Origin: Eledone cirrhosa
Lineage: Eukaryota
Assembly (NCBI GenBank): GCA_964016885.1
Contig: OZ024740.1
Coordinates: forward strand, 352,470,001 to 352,534,000
Length of the DNA: 64,000 nt
Direction: 5' to 3'
Made by a program: the position numbers and the translations under genes. The notes below the pieces were generated by a model. That model saw only the letters and a list, made by a program, of their open reading frames with translations. It had not been told where the DNA came from and made no database searches. Positions 39,770 through 55,800 of the stretch are shown here, piece by piece. The stretch's first letter is position 1. Every line of letters begins with the position of its first letter.

Positions 39770-42119
39770 AGTAGACTATCAAGTGGCCAGGAGGGAAGCT
39801 AGGAGAGAAGTGTACTTAGCAAGAAGGGAAGCGGAGGAAAGAAAGTTCAAGCATGTTCTACAACGCGATGACCAAAAACGTGAGGTGTTCAGGATTGCCA
39901 GGCAATGCGTCAAGGAAAACCGTGATATTGTCGGGGAGAAGTGTGTACTTAACGATGATGGTGTACTTGCCATCACCGACACTGATAAGAAGGTAGCTTG
40001 GAAGTGTCACTATGAAAGGCTACTAAATGAGGAGAATAAATGGGAGAAAGACAGTCTCCCCCATATCGACCCGATAGAGGGACCAGCAGTGTTAGTCGAG
40101 GGGAGTATAATAAGTAAGGCAATCAAGGATATGAAGACTGGTAAGGCGGCTGGGCCTTCGGAAATAGTTGCTGAGATGCTGAAGGCATCTGGCACGGTGG
40201 GACACACCATGGTCACCCGCATAGTTAACCAAGTCGTACAGAATGGGGTTGTTCCGAAGGACTGGCATAGCAGCATCATCGTTAACTGTTATAAGGGTAA
40301 AGGAGACGCCCTAGATAGGAGTAACTATAGAGGCATTAAATTAATCGACCAGGTCATGAAGGTCACGGAAAAAGTAATAGCGCAACTAATCAGAGAGAGA
40401 ATTGATCTAGATGAAATGCAGTTCGGGTTTGTGTCAGGCAAAAGCACCACAGACGCTCTTTTCATAGTACGACAACTACAGGAGAAGTACCTAGCTAAAG
40501 GTAAACCCCTCTACTTAGCTTTTGTCGACCTGGAGAAAGCCTTCGACAGAGTCCCCCGCTCCATTATCTGGTGGGCTCTTAGAAAACTAGGCGTTGACGA
40601 ATGGCTTGTGAGGGCTATACAAGCCATGTATAAAGAAACAGTCAGCAAGGTTAGAATTAACAACGAATATAGTGAAGAGTTTAGCGTAAAAGTTGGCGTC
40701 CATCAGGGCTCTGTTCTCAGCCCCCTACTATTTATTATTGCCCTTCAGGCTATAACAGAGGAGTTCAAGACAGGCTGCCCATGGGAACTCCTATACGCAG
40801 ACGACCTGACACTCATAGCGGAATCAATGGCCGAGCTAGAGAAGAAATTCCAAACATGGAAGCACGGCCTAGAGTCAAAAGGACTTAAAATTAACCTGGC
40901 TAAGACCAAAGTTCTAGTTTGTAGGAAAGAAAACAAGGCGGCGGTCCCTTCTGGGAAATGGTCGTGCTCGGTATATAGGAAAGGCGTAGGTAGAAACTCC
41001 ATCTTATGTCCTAAATGCAAAGTATGGGTGCATAAAAGATGTAGTGGGATCACAGGTAAGCTAACTAAGAACATAGACTTTACATGTGGCCGATGTTCTG
41101 GTGCAATAAGTAGCAGCAAGTGCCCACAAAATACTAGCTCTTTCAATTGCGCAGAGGGTTCTATAGAAATAGTGGACAGCTTCCGTTACCTGGGCGATAA
41201 AATCAGCAGTGGGGGAGGGTGCTCTGAAAGTACTGTAGCTAGAGTCAGAACTGGTTGGAAAAAGTTCAGAGAGCTTATACCACTATTAGCTGCTAAAGGG
41301 TTCTCCCTAAAAATGAAAGGCAGGTTGTACGATGCCTGCATACGAACAGCAATGTTGCATGGTAGTGAGACCTGGGCATTGTGTGCAGAGGATATACGCA
41401 GACTAGAGAGGAACGAAGCTTGCATGCTCCGCTGGATGTGTAACAGTAATATACGTGAACGGCAAAGCATAAACGAACTAAGGAAAAAATTAGAGATAAG
41501 AGGGATCAGATGTTGTTTACTCGAGAGAAGGCTGCGTTGGTATGGACACGTGATGCGCATGAAAGTCGATAGCTGTATTACAAAGTGCAGGGCAATAAAG
41601 ATAGACGGTAGCCACGGAATAGGCAGACCTAGAAAAACATGGGATGAGCTGATAAACTCCGACCTCATACACTTACACCTCTCCAAGACAATGTCACTGG
41701 ACCGTGACCTTTGGCGGTACTCAGTAACAGAGAAGACCCGCCTTGCCAGTAGGCATCTCTAACAAACTACACCCCGTCCCGCCACCACCCCCACCCCATC
41801 CACACCACCCCGTTCCATGTAAAGTTATGTTGGTGCCGCGCCATCCAGGCCGAAACAAACGAGATCGTGTAGGTGTCACGACAAAAAAACACACAGTCCA
41901 CGCTGTAATGTGGCCGTGTAGGCAACACGGTAAAAACCTCCCAGACCCACACTGTAAATGTGGTTGGTGTTAGGAAGGGCATCCAACTGTAGAAAACCTG
42001 CCAGACAGTCCTATGCGAGCAAGACAATCACTCTTGCCTCAAGTGGGACTACCCCCGTCCAAACCCATGCAAGCGTGGAACACGGACATTAAACGTTGAT
42101 GATGATGATGATGATGATA
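39770..42119 (+). mobile_element. Young 5'-truncated RTE LINE with an open RT-to-C-terminus frame, in an ACOT8-like intron (antisense to the gene)
   Basis: The frame is uninterrupted to 41762, with RT motifs (AFVDLEKAFD, GVHQGSVLSP, YADD) and a Cys/His-rich insert, then a 3' UTR and (gat)n tail. There is no endonuclease region. Confidence 0.95.
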
Positions 42120-44249
42120 TCAATTCAACAAAGGAGATTTCCAGGAGCCATGCAGAGAGCAGAATATTGAGGAATTTCTTGAAAACACTATATCCACTTT
42201 AAATCTTTGAATTTTTTTTGGCAGGATATTGAAGAGTTGTAGCTATTGGATTCCAAGCTATTAAAATATTCGATCCTTACTCTAGATGGGGAGGGTGGGA
42301 CCTTTACTACTATGTAGTGGCATCCTGTATGAAAATTGGTGTAGCACTCAATACAAACGTTTGGTGCTAGCTCTTCCAGAATCTTCCATTTAAATATTGC
42401 TGCATATTTTTCTCATTGATGCCTCAGAGAATAGCGCCTGCATTCTATCAGGCTTTTACAGTGAACCAAATATTCTTCACAAGACCAACATTGTTTCTTT
42501 GCTGAATAATATGAGAACCTATTTGGTCAGTTTGCACATTGCTGCATTGAAACTACACATTATTGGGCTTCGAGATAGGTTGAATGGTCATTAAGTTCTT
42601 TTTTTAAGGGTATACTAGGATTACATTATTCTCTAACTCCTTAAGGTGTGATTAAGTTGCAATTTCTAATAGGTTCAGCAACCATCTTCATGTATGTGTG
42701 TGTGTGTGTATGCATGTTCTGGATTATCTTTGATCAAATTTTGTTAATACCCACTTATAGTATAACAGTAAGAATACTTAGATATATTTCTTTATTTGCC
42801 ACAGGGGCATACAAAAATGGGACATTACAAGACGTGATGGCAAGGGTTTTACATAAAATCTTTAACAATGATAATGGATAACAATAAAATATATACAAAA
42901 TAAAACAATTAAAATCCCCAACACCAGGAGCACGTTAGTAGGTGTTATGGTATGTCTCAATATTATCATGGTATCTCCCACACTACTGGAGGTATCCCGC
43001 CTCTCTGTACCACCAGTTTAAATCCCAACACTCCACCAGATATGTCATACACCCATGACATATTACCTTTCTCAATCCTAGCTCCATAGTCCAACCCACC
43101 CACTATAGATTAGGCAAGGCCCTTCAGTTGAGTTAATGACTGAAACCACCCTAACACTGATGTCACAAGAAATGCACCCTGTAAGTGGTTGGCGATAGGA
43201 TAGGCATCCCACTGTATAAACCTGGAAATGTGAGATGCAGGCCCCAGGCCCATTTGAGAGTTTAGTAGCTCTGTTTTAGTACTTACTTAGTCTATGACAA
43301 CCCAACCAACCATTGTTAACAAGGAAAACTGACATTATATGATGATGGCGATATGGTGGATGACAAAATAGAATACAGAACATTTTCTCTCCTTTTGCAT
43401 GTGTTCTAACTAATAAAACCAATTTCTTAGAAGATGTGCCATGGTATAAAAGTATAGTAGGACAAAAAAATCCTGTACATTCATTATGATGCTCATTTCC
43501 CTCAGTTGATTTTAAATTATTCTTTAACACTTTAGCATGTAAACTAGCCGTATTAAGCCAGAATTCTCTCACCTCTTTCTGTTCAAACTGGCTGTAACCA
43601 ACTGCTCATACTGATGTTAAGGTATTGTTCTCAAAATAAATAATATCAAAATCTCATAGATTTGATATTATGTGAAAATATCTCATAGATTCGATATTAC
43701 CATGAAATTATAATAGTAAATATAGAGTAATGCTAAAGGGTCAGTGTTAATTTTGGTTATTAGACCTCCCTGTAGGGTTGTTTTTTTTACAAGCAAATGT
43801 GACTATAATAGTTGTCTCTAAATTTTGGCTTCTGCATTGTCTGGTTATTCTTTGCGGTGTTTGTATGAATAGTAAATTCTTTTATGACTGTCTCTATTTG
43901 CTTCAGCTGATAACAGCAAAGCTTGTCTCTGGAGAAAATATTTAATATAAATTTTAATTTCTGTAAGGTGGTCATGCTGCTGCCATGACAAAAAAGCATC
44001 CAGTTCACCATGTAAAGTGTTCATACTGGTGCCACAATAAAAAAGCACCTAGTCCACTCTATAAGGTGGTGTCAGATGGTAGTACTGATGACACAAAAAA
44101 GCTCCCAGTACATGCTGAAATGTGATTAGCATTAGGAAGGGCATCCAGCTGTAGAAAACCAAACCTAAAATGGATCACAAGATGTTCAGGGTCAATTGAT
44201 AGTAAGAGAACCAATGATAATGATAAAATAATAACTTTTTTCCAATCCC

Positions 44250-44822
44250 AGGAAGTGACTGATAGCTTCTGCTACCTAGGTGATATAATTAGCAGTGGTA
44301 GAGGGTGCTTGGAGACCATAGTAGCTAGAATAAGGACAAGATGAAAGAAGTTTATGGAACTGCTGCCTCTGTTGACTACATAAGGTTTCTCCCTTTGAAC
44401 AAAGGTCAGCAGTATGATACCTGTGTGATGAGACATGGGCAGTGAACACAGAAGACATGCAAAGGCTGGAGAGAAATGAGACAACCTTGTTTCAATGGAT
44501 GTGCAATGTTATTGTGTGAAAACGACAAAGCATGGAAGAACTGAGAGAGAAACTGGATGTAAGAGGAATCAAATGTAGTATGCAAGAGAGGAGACTGTGC
44601 TGGTATGGACATTTGATTCACATAGATGATGATCATTGGGTGAAGAAGTGTCGAATAATCCCAGTAGAGGAAGACCTGGACAGAAGTGGTGAAAGCGGAT
44701 CTTAGATCACTGAAGCTTACAGAGATGACAAAGGAATGCGACAATTGTAGAGATGCTGTACTGAGTAGAAGACGACCAACACATGTGAGTGTGGAACAAC
44801 GGACGTAAAATCATGATGATGG
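44250..44822 (+). mobile_element. Decayed RTE LINE 3' fragment
   Basis: Remnants of SFCYLGD, ETWA and WYGH, then a ggacgtaaaatcatgatgat tail. Confidence 0.8.
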
Positions 44823-44894
44823 CAATCATCTGAAAAAAAAACATCTAGTGAGATATATAATATAAATTGCTGATTCTAAAAACTATCAACTTAC

Positions 44895-45034
44895 CTGGGT
44901 TGATAAAATAATTGTGTAGACTGCTGATGTAGAGATCTTGAGGCAGAGAGTGACAAGCAGCATTTGCAGCTTGGCCAAGGAGAAGTCCACCAAAAGCAAT
45001 AGATCTTGACTTATGTATATATAATTTGTTACCC
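44895..45034 (-). CDS. ACOT8: ACOT8-like exon (RGNKLYIHKSRSIAFGGLLLGQAANAA...ISSLHNYFINPG)
   Basis: cag|...|gtaagt, phase 2 to 1. It carries the FGG...GQA and SLH.YF...G motifs. Confidence 0.92.
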
Positions 45035-45152
45035 CTGTGGTAGAAAATAATGTTTTTCATTTTAGATTACATTATACACCATTCTTTTTTTAAAAAGTCA
45101 TTTGAAGGATATTTGATGGCTGCTGCTACGCCTAGAAATTTGAGTGATTGCA

Positions 45153-45430
45153 TAGGTGCGTGGCTTAGTGGTAAGGGTGTTGGACTTACAATCATAATGT
45201 CATGGGTTTGATAATTGGACTGGGTTGTGTGTTGTGTTCTTGAGCAAATCACTTCAGTTCATGCTGCTCCGGTATAGTCAGTTGAAAATGAGTGCCAGCA
45301 ATAGCTGGTGGTTTAACCCTACAATGGACTGGCGTACTGTCCATGGGGACTCTTGTACTATCAGTTGCTTAATGCCATGGAAACTGAGATAAGCACCGGC
45401 CGGATGAGCCTCTGGGCTTGAGACAGACTT
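45153..45430 (+). mobile_element. tRNA-derived SINE (second family)
   Basis: Head ggtgcgtggcttagtggt... and central tgttcttgagcaaatcact...aaatgagtgcc, related to the SINE at 58375. Confidence 0.65.
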
Positions 45431-45870
45431 TAGACATAGAGTCTCTCTTGTTAGCTTATGTTTTTCTGGGTAGTCTACCTAGCTATGAAAAACAAGTACC
45501 AATCACATGAAAAAAACATTATTAACAGGATGATATTTCACTTTTATCGGTTTTACTCTTTGAAACCAGAGCTAAGCATCCTCCCAGAAATCTTTCTTGA
45601 TATTCATTTAACACACTTTGTACTCTATTTTTTTAAATGATGTAGAATTTCAAAAATTCATAGAGTACATAGAACAAAATGCTTTGTGATACTTGTTCTA
45701 GTTTTGCTAAAGTTCAACTTCACTTTTCATTCTTTCAGATTCAATAAAATGAAGTACAAGGCCAGGTAGATTATTGGAATTGCTTAAGCATCGAACAGCT
45801 GCAGCAATTCATTTGTGCCTTCAGCTGTGCTTTTTAGTTTTAGGATGGTTAGAATTTTTTAATTTAATAC

Positions 45871-45915
45871 CTGTATGTGTACTTTTCAATTCCAATTACT
45901 TGCGCTAAGCTAACT
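45871..45915 (-). CDS. Possible upstream ACOT8-like exon (..SLAQVIGIEKYTYR); 5' boundary uncertain
   Basis: A phase-2 AG|gtatta donor is compatible with the 45034 exon, and the peptide loosely resembles LNLEPLDEDLFR. No start codon was found. Confidence 0.3.
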
Positions 45916-47804
45916 TTGATATGTAAAGTAAAATGGGGGGGCTGTGTAATCTAATTTTTTGTGTATGAGGGGGCCCCCAAAATCTGAAGTGCCCTGGGTT
46001 CCCCAAGGTTTAAATCCAACCCTATACTTAGTTCTTAAATCCTATTCAATTTTTAAGTATTTTGTATTTTAAAATTGTCTCCTTTGCTTTTCTTCATCAG
46101 AATTAATAATTAAAACTGGTTTTTCTCTTCATTTTTTATATAAATTCCTTCCGACCTCTAATCATTATTTCAAATATGTTTTCTTTTTACTACTATTCTT
46201 ACTTTCACAGTAATCTTGTCACTTAGTATACTGGCTTTAAGTGCTAATCACTTATACTTCATATGGTAATAGTTTTTGTTGTTTAGATTCAGGTCAAAAC
46301 TAATCATACATACCTATGATGGTAAGGGAGGGTGCAGTATCTAACACTACATTACCTAATGTGTGTCTTTCCCATTTTTTACACAGTGAAATATGATTTG
46401 TGAGTGGTTTAGCTATTGATAACAAATCAAATGACCATGTAGAGGCTCCCTATTAATTTGTTCATGAAATAGTAGTATAGGATATTGGTATTATAACTTA
46501 TAGGGATATTGTTAATTTAGCTTAACTGCTAATACTATCAAAGGGCACTAATTTTGTTTTTATGGAATAAGCAATTTTTTTTTACAAAAGAATTAAATGT
46601 TTGAAAATGTTACACCACAACATAGTCTGTACACTATACATAAAAGGCATGAAAAATAAATCAAGAAGATTTAGCCCCTCTCAGCTGAGATGTAAGGTTG
46701 GCTACTGTATTGGATTACTATCCAACTTATGACAGCAAATTCTTTCCAGGTCACAAGAATCTGGCCAGACAGCACTCAACATGAATTTCTAGTGTCAAGT
46801 GAATAAGAATAAATTCCCCCCTCCCACCAAGGTAACAAAAATTTGGGTAGTTTTTGCCACAGGAAGAATTGAACTGAATGCAATACTGGTCACAGGCATG
46901 GCTGTGTGGTTAAGAAGTTCACTTCACAACCACTACATTTTACCTTTGTGTCCAAGTGTCATTTACCATAGCCTAGGTTTAACTAATAACTTACGAGTAA
47001 TGAAAAGTTTATAGGCTGACCAAGATACTCTCATGGAATGATCAAATAAGATTTATTTTTCAACATAGTCCCTGGAAGGAAACAATGCAATTATTAATAA
47101 GAAGAGTTGAAATTAATGCATGCAAGATTTCACAGCTCTAGCATCACTCCTTCATTGTCAACTTCTGAACTTCTCAGCTGACCTTCGTATCATCCTCATC
47201 ATGATTGTTTTAACATCTGTTTTCCCTGCTAGCAAGGGTTGGAGAGGTCTACATAGAACAAGTCAGTACTGAAGCAGTGACTACTGATCTCCCAGACAAG
47301 CCAGGGATCTATCATTCACTTATGTACGATCATGCAGAGAGGAGGTTGTCATGTCTTGACACAACTGAGCGTCCTCCCACCCCTTTCTACATCCTCCCAG
47401 CTTTCTACACCTGAATGTCCTTCCTATCACCAACTACTTTACAGCATGTACTGGGTGGATTTATCATGTAGATCACCAAACACTAGGGAAGCTGTCATGC
47501 CTTGGCGCGAATGACGAGTCCTCCCAACCCTTTGTTTAGCAGGCCCTCCACTGCTGGATGCCCTTCACATCACCAATCACTTCACAAGGGGACAGCAGCT
47601 AGGTATGTATGTATGCATGTATATGTGTATATACATGTAAGGTGGTTGTACTGGTGACATGACAAAATCACCCAACCCACCCTGTAAGGTGACTGTGCTG
47701 GTACCACAATAAAAAAGCATAAAGCCCACCTTGTTAGATGGTCATTTTGGTGCCACAATAAAAAGCACCCAGTTCATGCTGTAAAGTGGTTGGTGTTAGG
47801 AAGG

Positions 47805-49340
47805 TCACCCAGCCATAGAAACCAAGCCAAAAGCAAGACAGAGTCTTTCTCTGACACAGGATTCCATCAGTTTGGCAATAAAGCTAGTAAGACTGACTGA
47901 ACGATAGTTGACAGGCGACGTGCAGGTCACCATTTTTGAACAGAGGAATGACACCGGCAGTTTCCATTGCTCCAAAGTAGCACCATTGTTAAGACAGAAT
48001 TGATAGACGAGTGAAAGCTGATGCAGAAGGAAGTACCCACCACATTTAAGAAGCAGGTACGTAACACCATCAAGACCAGGAGAGGCATAGTTGCACTTAT
48101 TCTTAAGGTGACATTGCAACATTGCAGGTGTAAATTCCATAGTTGTTATAGAATTTGATGTCAGGGGTGGGAGATGGTACATTTTGGTTTTCAACAGTAA
48201 AAATGCCTGCATAGCATTCAGCAATGAGTTCTGCTCATTCTTCAGGATCGTCAGTAATCTGGCTTGTGTGGTGATTGCGAAGAGGACCAACTGGAGAGTG
48301 AGGTCTCTGCTTTGAATGTACATATTTCCAGAACACTTTATTGTCAAGGTTGGTTGTTAAGCGCTGTTCAAATTCAAGCACTGCCTTTTTTATCACCTGC
48401 TTGAGATGGTTGGATGATTTATTTTGCTTTTTCTATTGATATCTGATTTATGCAGTTTGTATTCCCATTCAGCATTACAACGTTCTTTCCTGGCAAGTCG
48501 GACTGCTGCAGTCTCCCAAATTGCACTTTTGAGATGTTTTCTCTGCTTATGTGGCACTGATGCTGCACATGCTGTCCATATTGAATTCAGGATGTTCTGA
48601 AGTATAGTGTTCACATCTCCAGAGTCGTAAAATTCAAGCCAGTTTGGGTGTTGTAGCTCGGTGCAGTAAGAGTTCCAATCTGCTTTATTCCAAAGTGAAC
48701 AGTTTGGAGATGGTTGTGGTTTTTGTTACTGCCCATAAAAAACAGATTGGCAATGATCATAGCATGATCAGAGTCACCTAAAGGTTCCTCAGTAGTAACA
48801 CTAATAACTCTTTCAGGAGTAGTGGTAAAGAGTAGATCCAAAGTGTTGTCACCTCTTGTTGGGGAGGTAACTACTTGGGACCAGTTCGATTCCAGCACTA
48901 GCTCAAGGAAATCATTTGCACTTTGCGGCCAACGAAAGGTTTCCCAATCATCTCAGGGTGATTGAAATCACTTGCAATAAAAACATAAGTGGCTGTTTTC
49001 CTGGCAACAGCTCTGAGGATATCACAAAGCTGTGTGTCCTGATGGTAATTTGGCAGGTGGTAAACAGCTCCAAGTAGAAGTGTTGACATGGTCATATGTA
49101 TATCTCAGAAAAATACTTCTTGTTGTGATTGGTTCAAATCAATGCAAGGAATTGCTGAAAAGTTTGAAGGAATGTAGACCATCACACCACCACCACCACC
49201 ACCACAACGATTAATGTGGTCTTTGCGAAACAAGTTGTAGCCAGCTATGCTGAAAACTCCATCACAGAATAAGGAATGTGCCCATGTTTCCGCGACTATA
49301 ATGAAATTGAGATCAATACTTTTGACATAAGAATCAAAAA
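47805..49340 (-). mobile_element. Decayed CR1-like LINE (APE endonuclease to start of RT), cut by the assembly gap
   Basis: IIVAETW, GYNLFRKD..R.GGGV, DFNHP, PTRGDNTLDLLFT, SDH, SPGLDG and NYRSVSLTS, in broken frames. Confidence 0.85.
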
Positions 49341-49540
49341 NNNNNNNNNNNNNNNNNNNNNNNNNNNNNNNNNNNNNNNNNNNNNNNNNNNNNNNNNNNN
49401 NNNNNNNNNNNNNNNNNNNNNNNNNNNNNNNNNNNNNNNNNNNNNNNNNNNNNNNNNNNNNNNNNNNNNNNNNNNNNNNNNNNNNNNNNNNNNNNNNNNN
49501 NNNNNNNNNNNNNNNNNNNNNNNNNNNNNNNNNNNNNNNN
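49341..49540. other. Assembly gap (200 N)
   Basis: Run of n characters. Confidence 1.
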
Positions 49541-49580
49541 TACATATATATATATACATACATATATATATATACATACA

Positions 49581-49612
<32 letters not shown>

Positions 49613-49725
49613 CATATATATATATACATACATATATATATATACATACATATATATATATACATACATATATATATATATACATATATATATACATATA
49701 TATATACTAATACATATATATATAC

Positions 49726-49772
<47 letters not shown>

Positions 49773-50054
49773 CATATATATATACATATATATATATATA
49801 CATATATATATATACATACATATATATATACATACATATATATATATACATACATATATATATATACATACATATATATATATACATACATATGTATATA
49901 TACATACATATATATATACATACATATATATATATACATACATATATATATACATACATATATATATACATACATATATATATATACATACATATATATA
50001 TACATTCATATATATATATACATATATATATATATACATATATACATATACATA

Positions 50055-50109
<55 letters not shown>

Positions 50110-50226
50110 ACATACATATACATACATATATATATACATACATATATATATACATACATATATATATACATACATACATATATATATACATACATATATA
50201 TATACATACATACATATATATATACA

Positions 50227-50260
<34 letters not shown>

Positions 50261-50733
50261 CATACATATATATATATATACATACATATATACATACATA
50301 TATACATACATATATATATACATACATATATATATACATACATATATATATACATACATATATATATACATACATATATATATACATACATACATATATA
50401 CATACATATATATATACATACATATATATATACATACATATATATATACATACATATATACATACATATATATATACATACATATATATATACATACATA
50501 TATATATATATACATACATATATATATATATACATACATATATATATATACATACATATATATATACATACATATATATATATACATACATATATATATA
50601 TACATACATATATATATATACATACATATATATATATACATACATATATATATATACATACATATATATATATACATACATATATATATATACATACATA
50701 TATATATATACATACATATATATATATACATAC

Positions 50734-50766
<33 letters not shown>

Positions 50767-51098
50767 CATACATATATATATACATACATATATATATACA
50801 TACATATATATATACATACATATATATATACAAACATATATATATACATACATATATATATATACATACATATATATATACATACATATATATATATACA
50901 TACATATATATATATACATACATATATATATACATACATATATATATATACATACATATATATATATACATATATATATATACATACATATATATATATA
51001 CATACATATATATATATACATACATACATACATACATATATACATACATATATATACATACATACATATATATATACATACATATATATATACATATA

Positions 51099-51169
<71 letters not shown>

Positions 51170-51741
51170 ATATACACATACATATATATATATACACATA
51201 CATATATATATATATACATATATATATTTACATATATATATATACATACATATATATATATATACATACATATATATATATATACATACATATATATATA
51301 TATATACATACATATATATATATATACATACATATATATATATACATACATATACATACATATATATACATACATATACATACATATACATACATACATA
51401 TACATACATATATATACATATATACATACATATATATACATATATACATACATATATATACATATATACATACATATACATATATATATACATATATATA
51501 TATACATATATATATATACATATACATATATACATATACATATATACATATATATACATATACATATATACATATACATATATACATATATACATATACA
51601 TATATACATATATACATATACATATATACATATACATATATACATATACATATATACATATACATATATACATATATACATATACATATATACATATATA
51701 TATATACATATACATATATATATATACATATATATATATAC

Positions 51742-51781
<40 letters not shown>

Positions 51782-51934
51782 ACATATATATATATACATA
51801 TATATATTATACATATATACATATATATATATACATATATATACATATACATATATATACATATATATACATACATATATATATATACATATATATATAT
51901 ACATATATAAATATATATATATACATATATATAC

Positions 51935-51965
<31 letters not shown>

Positions 51966-52014
51966 CATATATATATACATATATATATATACATATATAC
52001 ATATATACATATAC

Positions 52015-52059
<45 letters not shown>

Positions 52060-52318
52060 CATATATATATACATATATATATATACATATATACATATAT
52101 ATATACATATATATATACACATATATATATACACATATATATATATACACATATATATATACATATATATATACATATATATATATACATATATATATAC
52201 ATATATATATACATATATATATATACATATATATATACATATATATATATACATATATATACATATATATATATACATATATATATATACATATATATAT
52301 ATACATATATATATATAC

Positions 52319-52363
<45 letters not shown>

Positions 52364-52542
52364 CATATATATACATATATATATATATACATACATATAC
52401 ATATATATACATACATATATATATATACATATATATATATACATACATATATATATACATACATATACATATATATACATACATATATATATATACATAC
52501 ATATATATATACATATATATATATACATACATATATATATAC

Positions 52543-52573
<31 letters not shown>

Positions 52574-52773
52574 CATACATATATATATATACATACATAT
52601 ATATATACATACATATATACATACATACATATATACATACATACATATATACATACATATATACATACATACATATATACATACATACATATATACATAC
52701 ATACATACATACATACATACATACATACATACATACATACATACATACATACATACATACATACATACATACA

Positions 52774-52807
<34 letters not shown>

Positions 52808-52921
52808 CATACATATATATATACATACATATATACATACATACATATATACATACATACATATATACATACATACATATATACATACATACATATATAC
52901 ATACATACATATATACATACA

Positions 52922-52955
<34 letters not shown>

Positions 52956-53451
52956 CATACATATATACATACATACATACATATATACATACATACATAT
53001 ATAAATACATACATATATACATACATATATACATACATATATATATATACATACATATATATATATATATACATACATACATACATATACATACATACAT
53101 ACATACATATACATACATACATACATATACATACATATATATATATACATACATATACATACATATACATACATACATACATACATATACATACATACAT
53201 ACATACATACATACACATACATACATATATACACATACATACATATATACATGCATATATATATATACATACATATATATATACATGCATATATATATAT
53301 ACATACATATATATATACATGCATATATATATATACATACATATATACATACATATATATATACATGCATATATATATATACATACATATATACATACAT
53401 ATACATACATACATATATATATATACATACATATATATATATACATACATA

Positions 53452-53483
<32 letters not shown>

Positions 53484-53636
53484 CATATATATATATACAT
53501 ACATATATATATATACATACATATATATATATACATACATATATATATATACATACATATATATATATACATACATATATATATATATACATACATATAT
53601 ATATATACATATATATATATATACATATATATATAC

Positions 53637-53683
<47 letters not shown>

Positions 53684-53965
53684 CATATATATATACATAT
53701 ATATATATATACATATATATATATACATACATATATATATACATACATATATATATATACATACATATATATATATACATACATATATATATATACATAC
53801 ATATGTATATATACATACATATATATATACATACATATATATATATACATACATATATATATACATACATATATATATACATACATATATATATATACAT
53901 ACATATATATATACATACATATATATATATACATATATATATATATACATATATACATATACATA

Positions 53966-54020
<55 letters not shown>

Positions 54021-54197
54021 ACATACATATACATACATATATATATACATACATATATATATACATGCATATATATATATACATACATATATACATACAT
54101 ATATATATACATGCATATATATATATACATACATATATACATACATATACATACATACATATATATATATACATACATATATATATATACATACATA

Positions 54198-54229
<32 letters not shown>

Positions 54230-54364
54230 CATATATATATATACATACATATATATATATACATACATATATATATATACATACATATATATATATACAT
54301 ACATATATATATATATACATACATATATATATATACATATATATATATATACATATATATATAC

Positions 54365-54411
<47 letters not shown>

Positions 54412-54693
54412 CATATATATATACATATATATATATATACATATATATATATACATACATATATATATACATACATATATATATATACATACATATATAT
54501 ATATACATACATATATATATATACATACATATGTATATATACATACATATATATATACATACATATATATATATACATACATATATATATACATACATAT
54601 ATATATACATACATATATATATATACATACATATATATATACATACATATATATATATACATATATATATATATACATATATACATATACATA

Positions 54694-54748
<55 letters not shown>

Positions 54749-54865
54749 ACATACATATACATACATATATATATACATACATATATATATACATACATAT
54801 ATATATACATACATACATATATATATACATACATATATATATACATACATACATACATATATACA

Positions 54866-54899
<34 letters not shown>

Positions 54900-55337
54900 C
54901 ATACATATATATATATATACATACATATATACATACATATATACATACATATATATATACATACATATATATATACATACATATATATATACATACATAT
55001 ATATATACATACATATATATATACATACATACATATATACATACATATATATATACATACATATATATATACATACATATATATATACATACATATATAC
55101 ATACATATATATATACATACATATATATATACATACATATATATATATATACATACATATATATATATACATACATATATATATACATACATATATATAT
55201 ATACATACATATATATATATACATACATATATATATATACATACATATATATATATACATACATATATATATATACATACATATATATATATACATACAT
55301 ATATATATATACATACATATATATATATACATACATA

Positions 55338-55369
<32 letters not shown>

Positions 55370-55527
55370 CACATATATATATATATACATACACATATAT
55401 ATATATACATACATATATATATACATACATATATATATATACATACATATATATATATACATACATATATATATATACATACATATATATATATATACAT
55501 ACATATATATATATATACATACATATA

Positions 55528-55568
<41 letters not shown>

Positions 55569-55613
55569 ATACATACATATATATATATACATACATATAT
55601 ATACATATACATA

Positions 55614-55654
<41 letters not shown>

Positions 55655-55696
55655 ACATACATACATATATATATACATATATATATATACATACAT
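49541..55696. repeat. Giant compound (TA)n/(TACA)n microsatellite, at least 6.1 kb
   Basis: Almost purely ta/ca dinucleotides, with block-wise changes in motif mix. Confidence 0.98.
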
Positions 55697-55800
55697 GATG
55701 GCTGCCCCCTCGTTATCGAGTATGGCCATTGCATGAGGAGAAAGAAAAAAAAAATAATAATAAAAAAAAAGAAAAGAAAAAAAATATATATATATATATG

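Noticed and set aside
43370-43475. Possible ACOT8 exon (GFFCPTILLYH...)
   Set aside because: The exon at 39204-39426 matches the family far better and has the correct phases.
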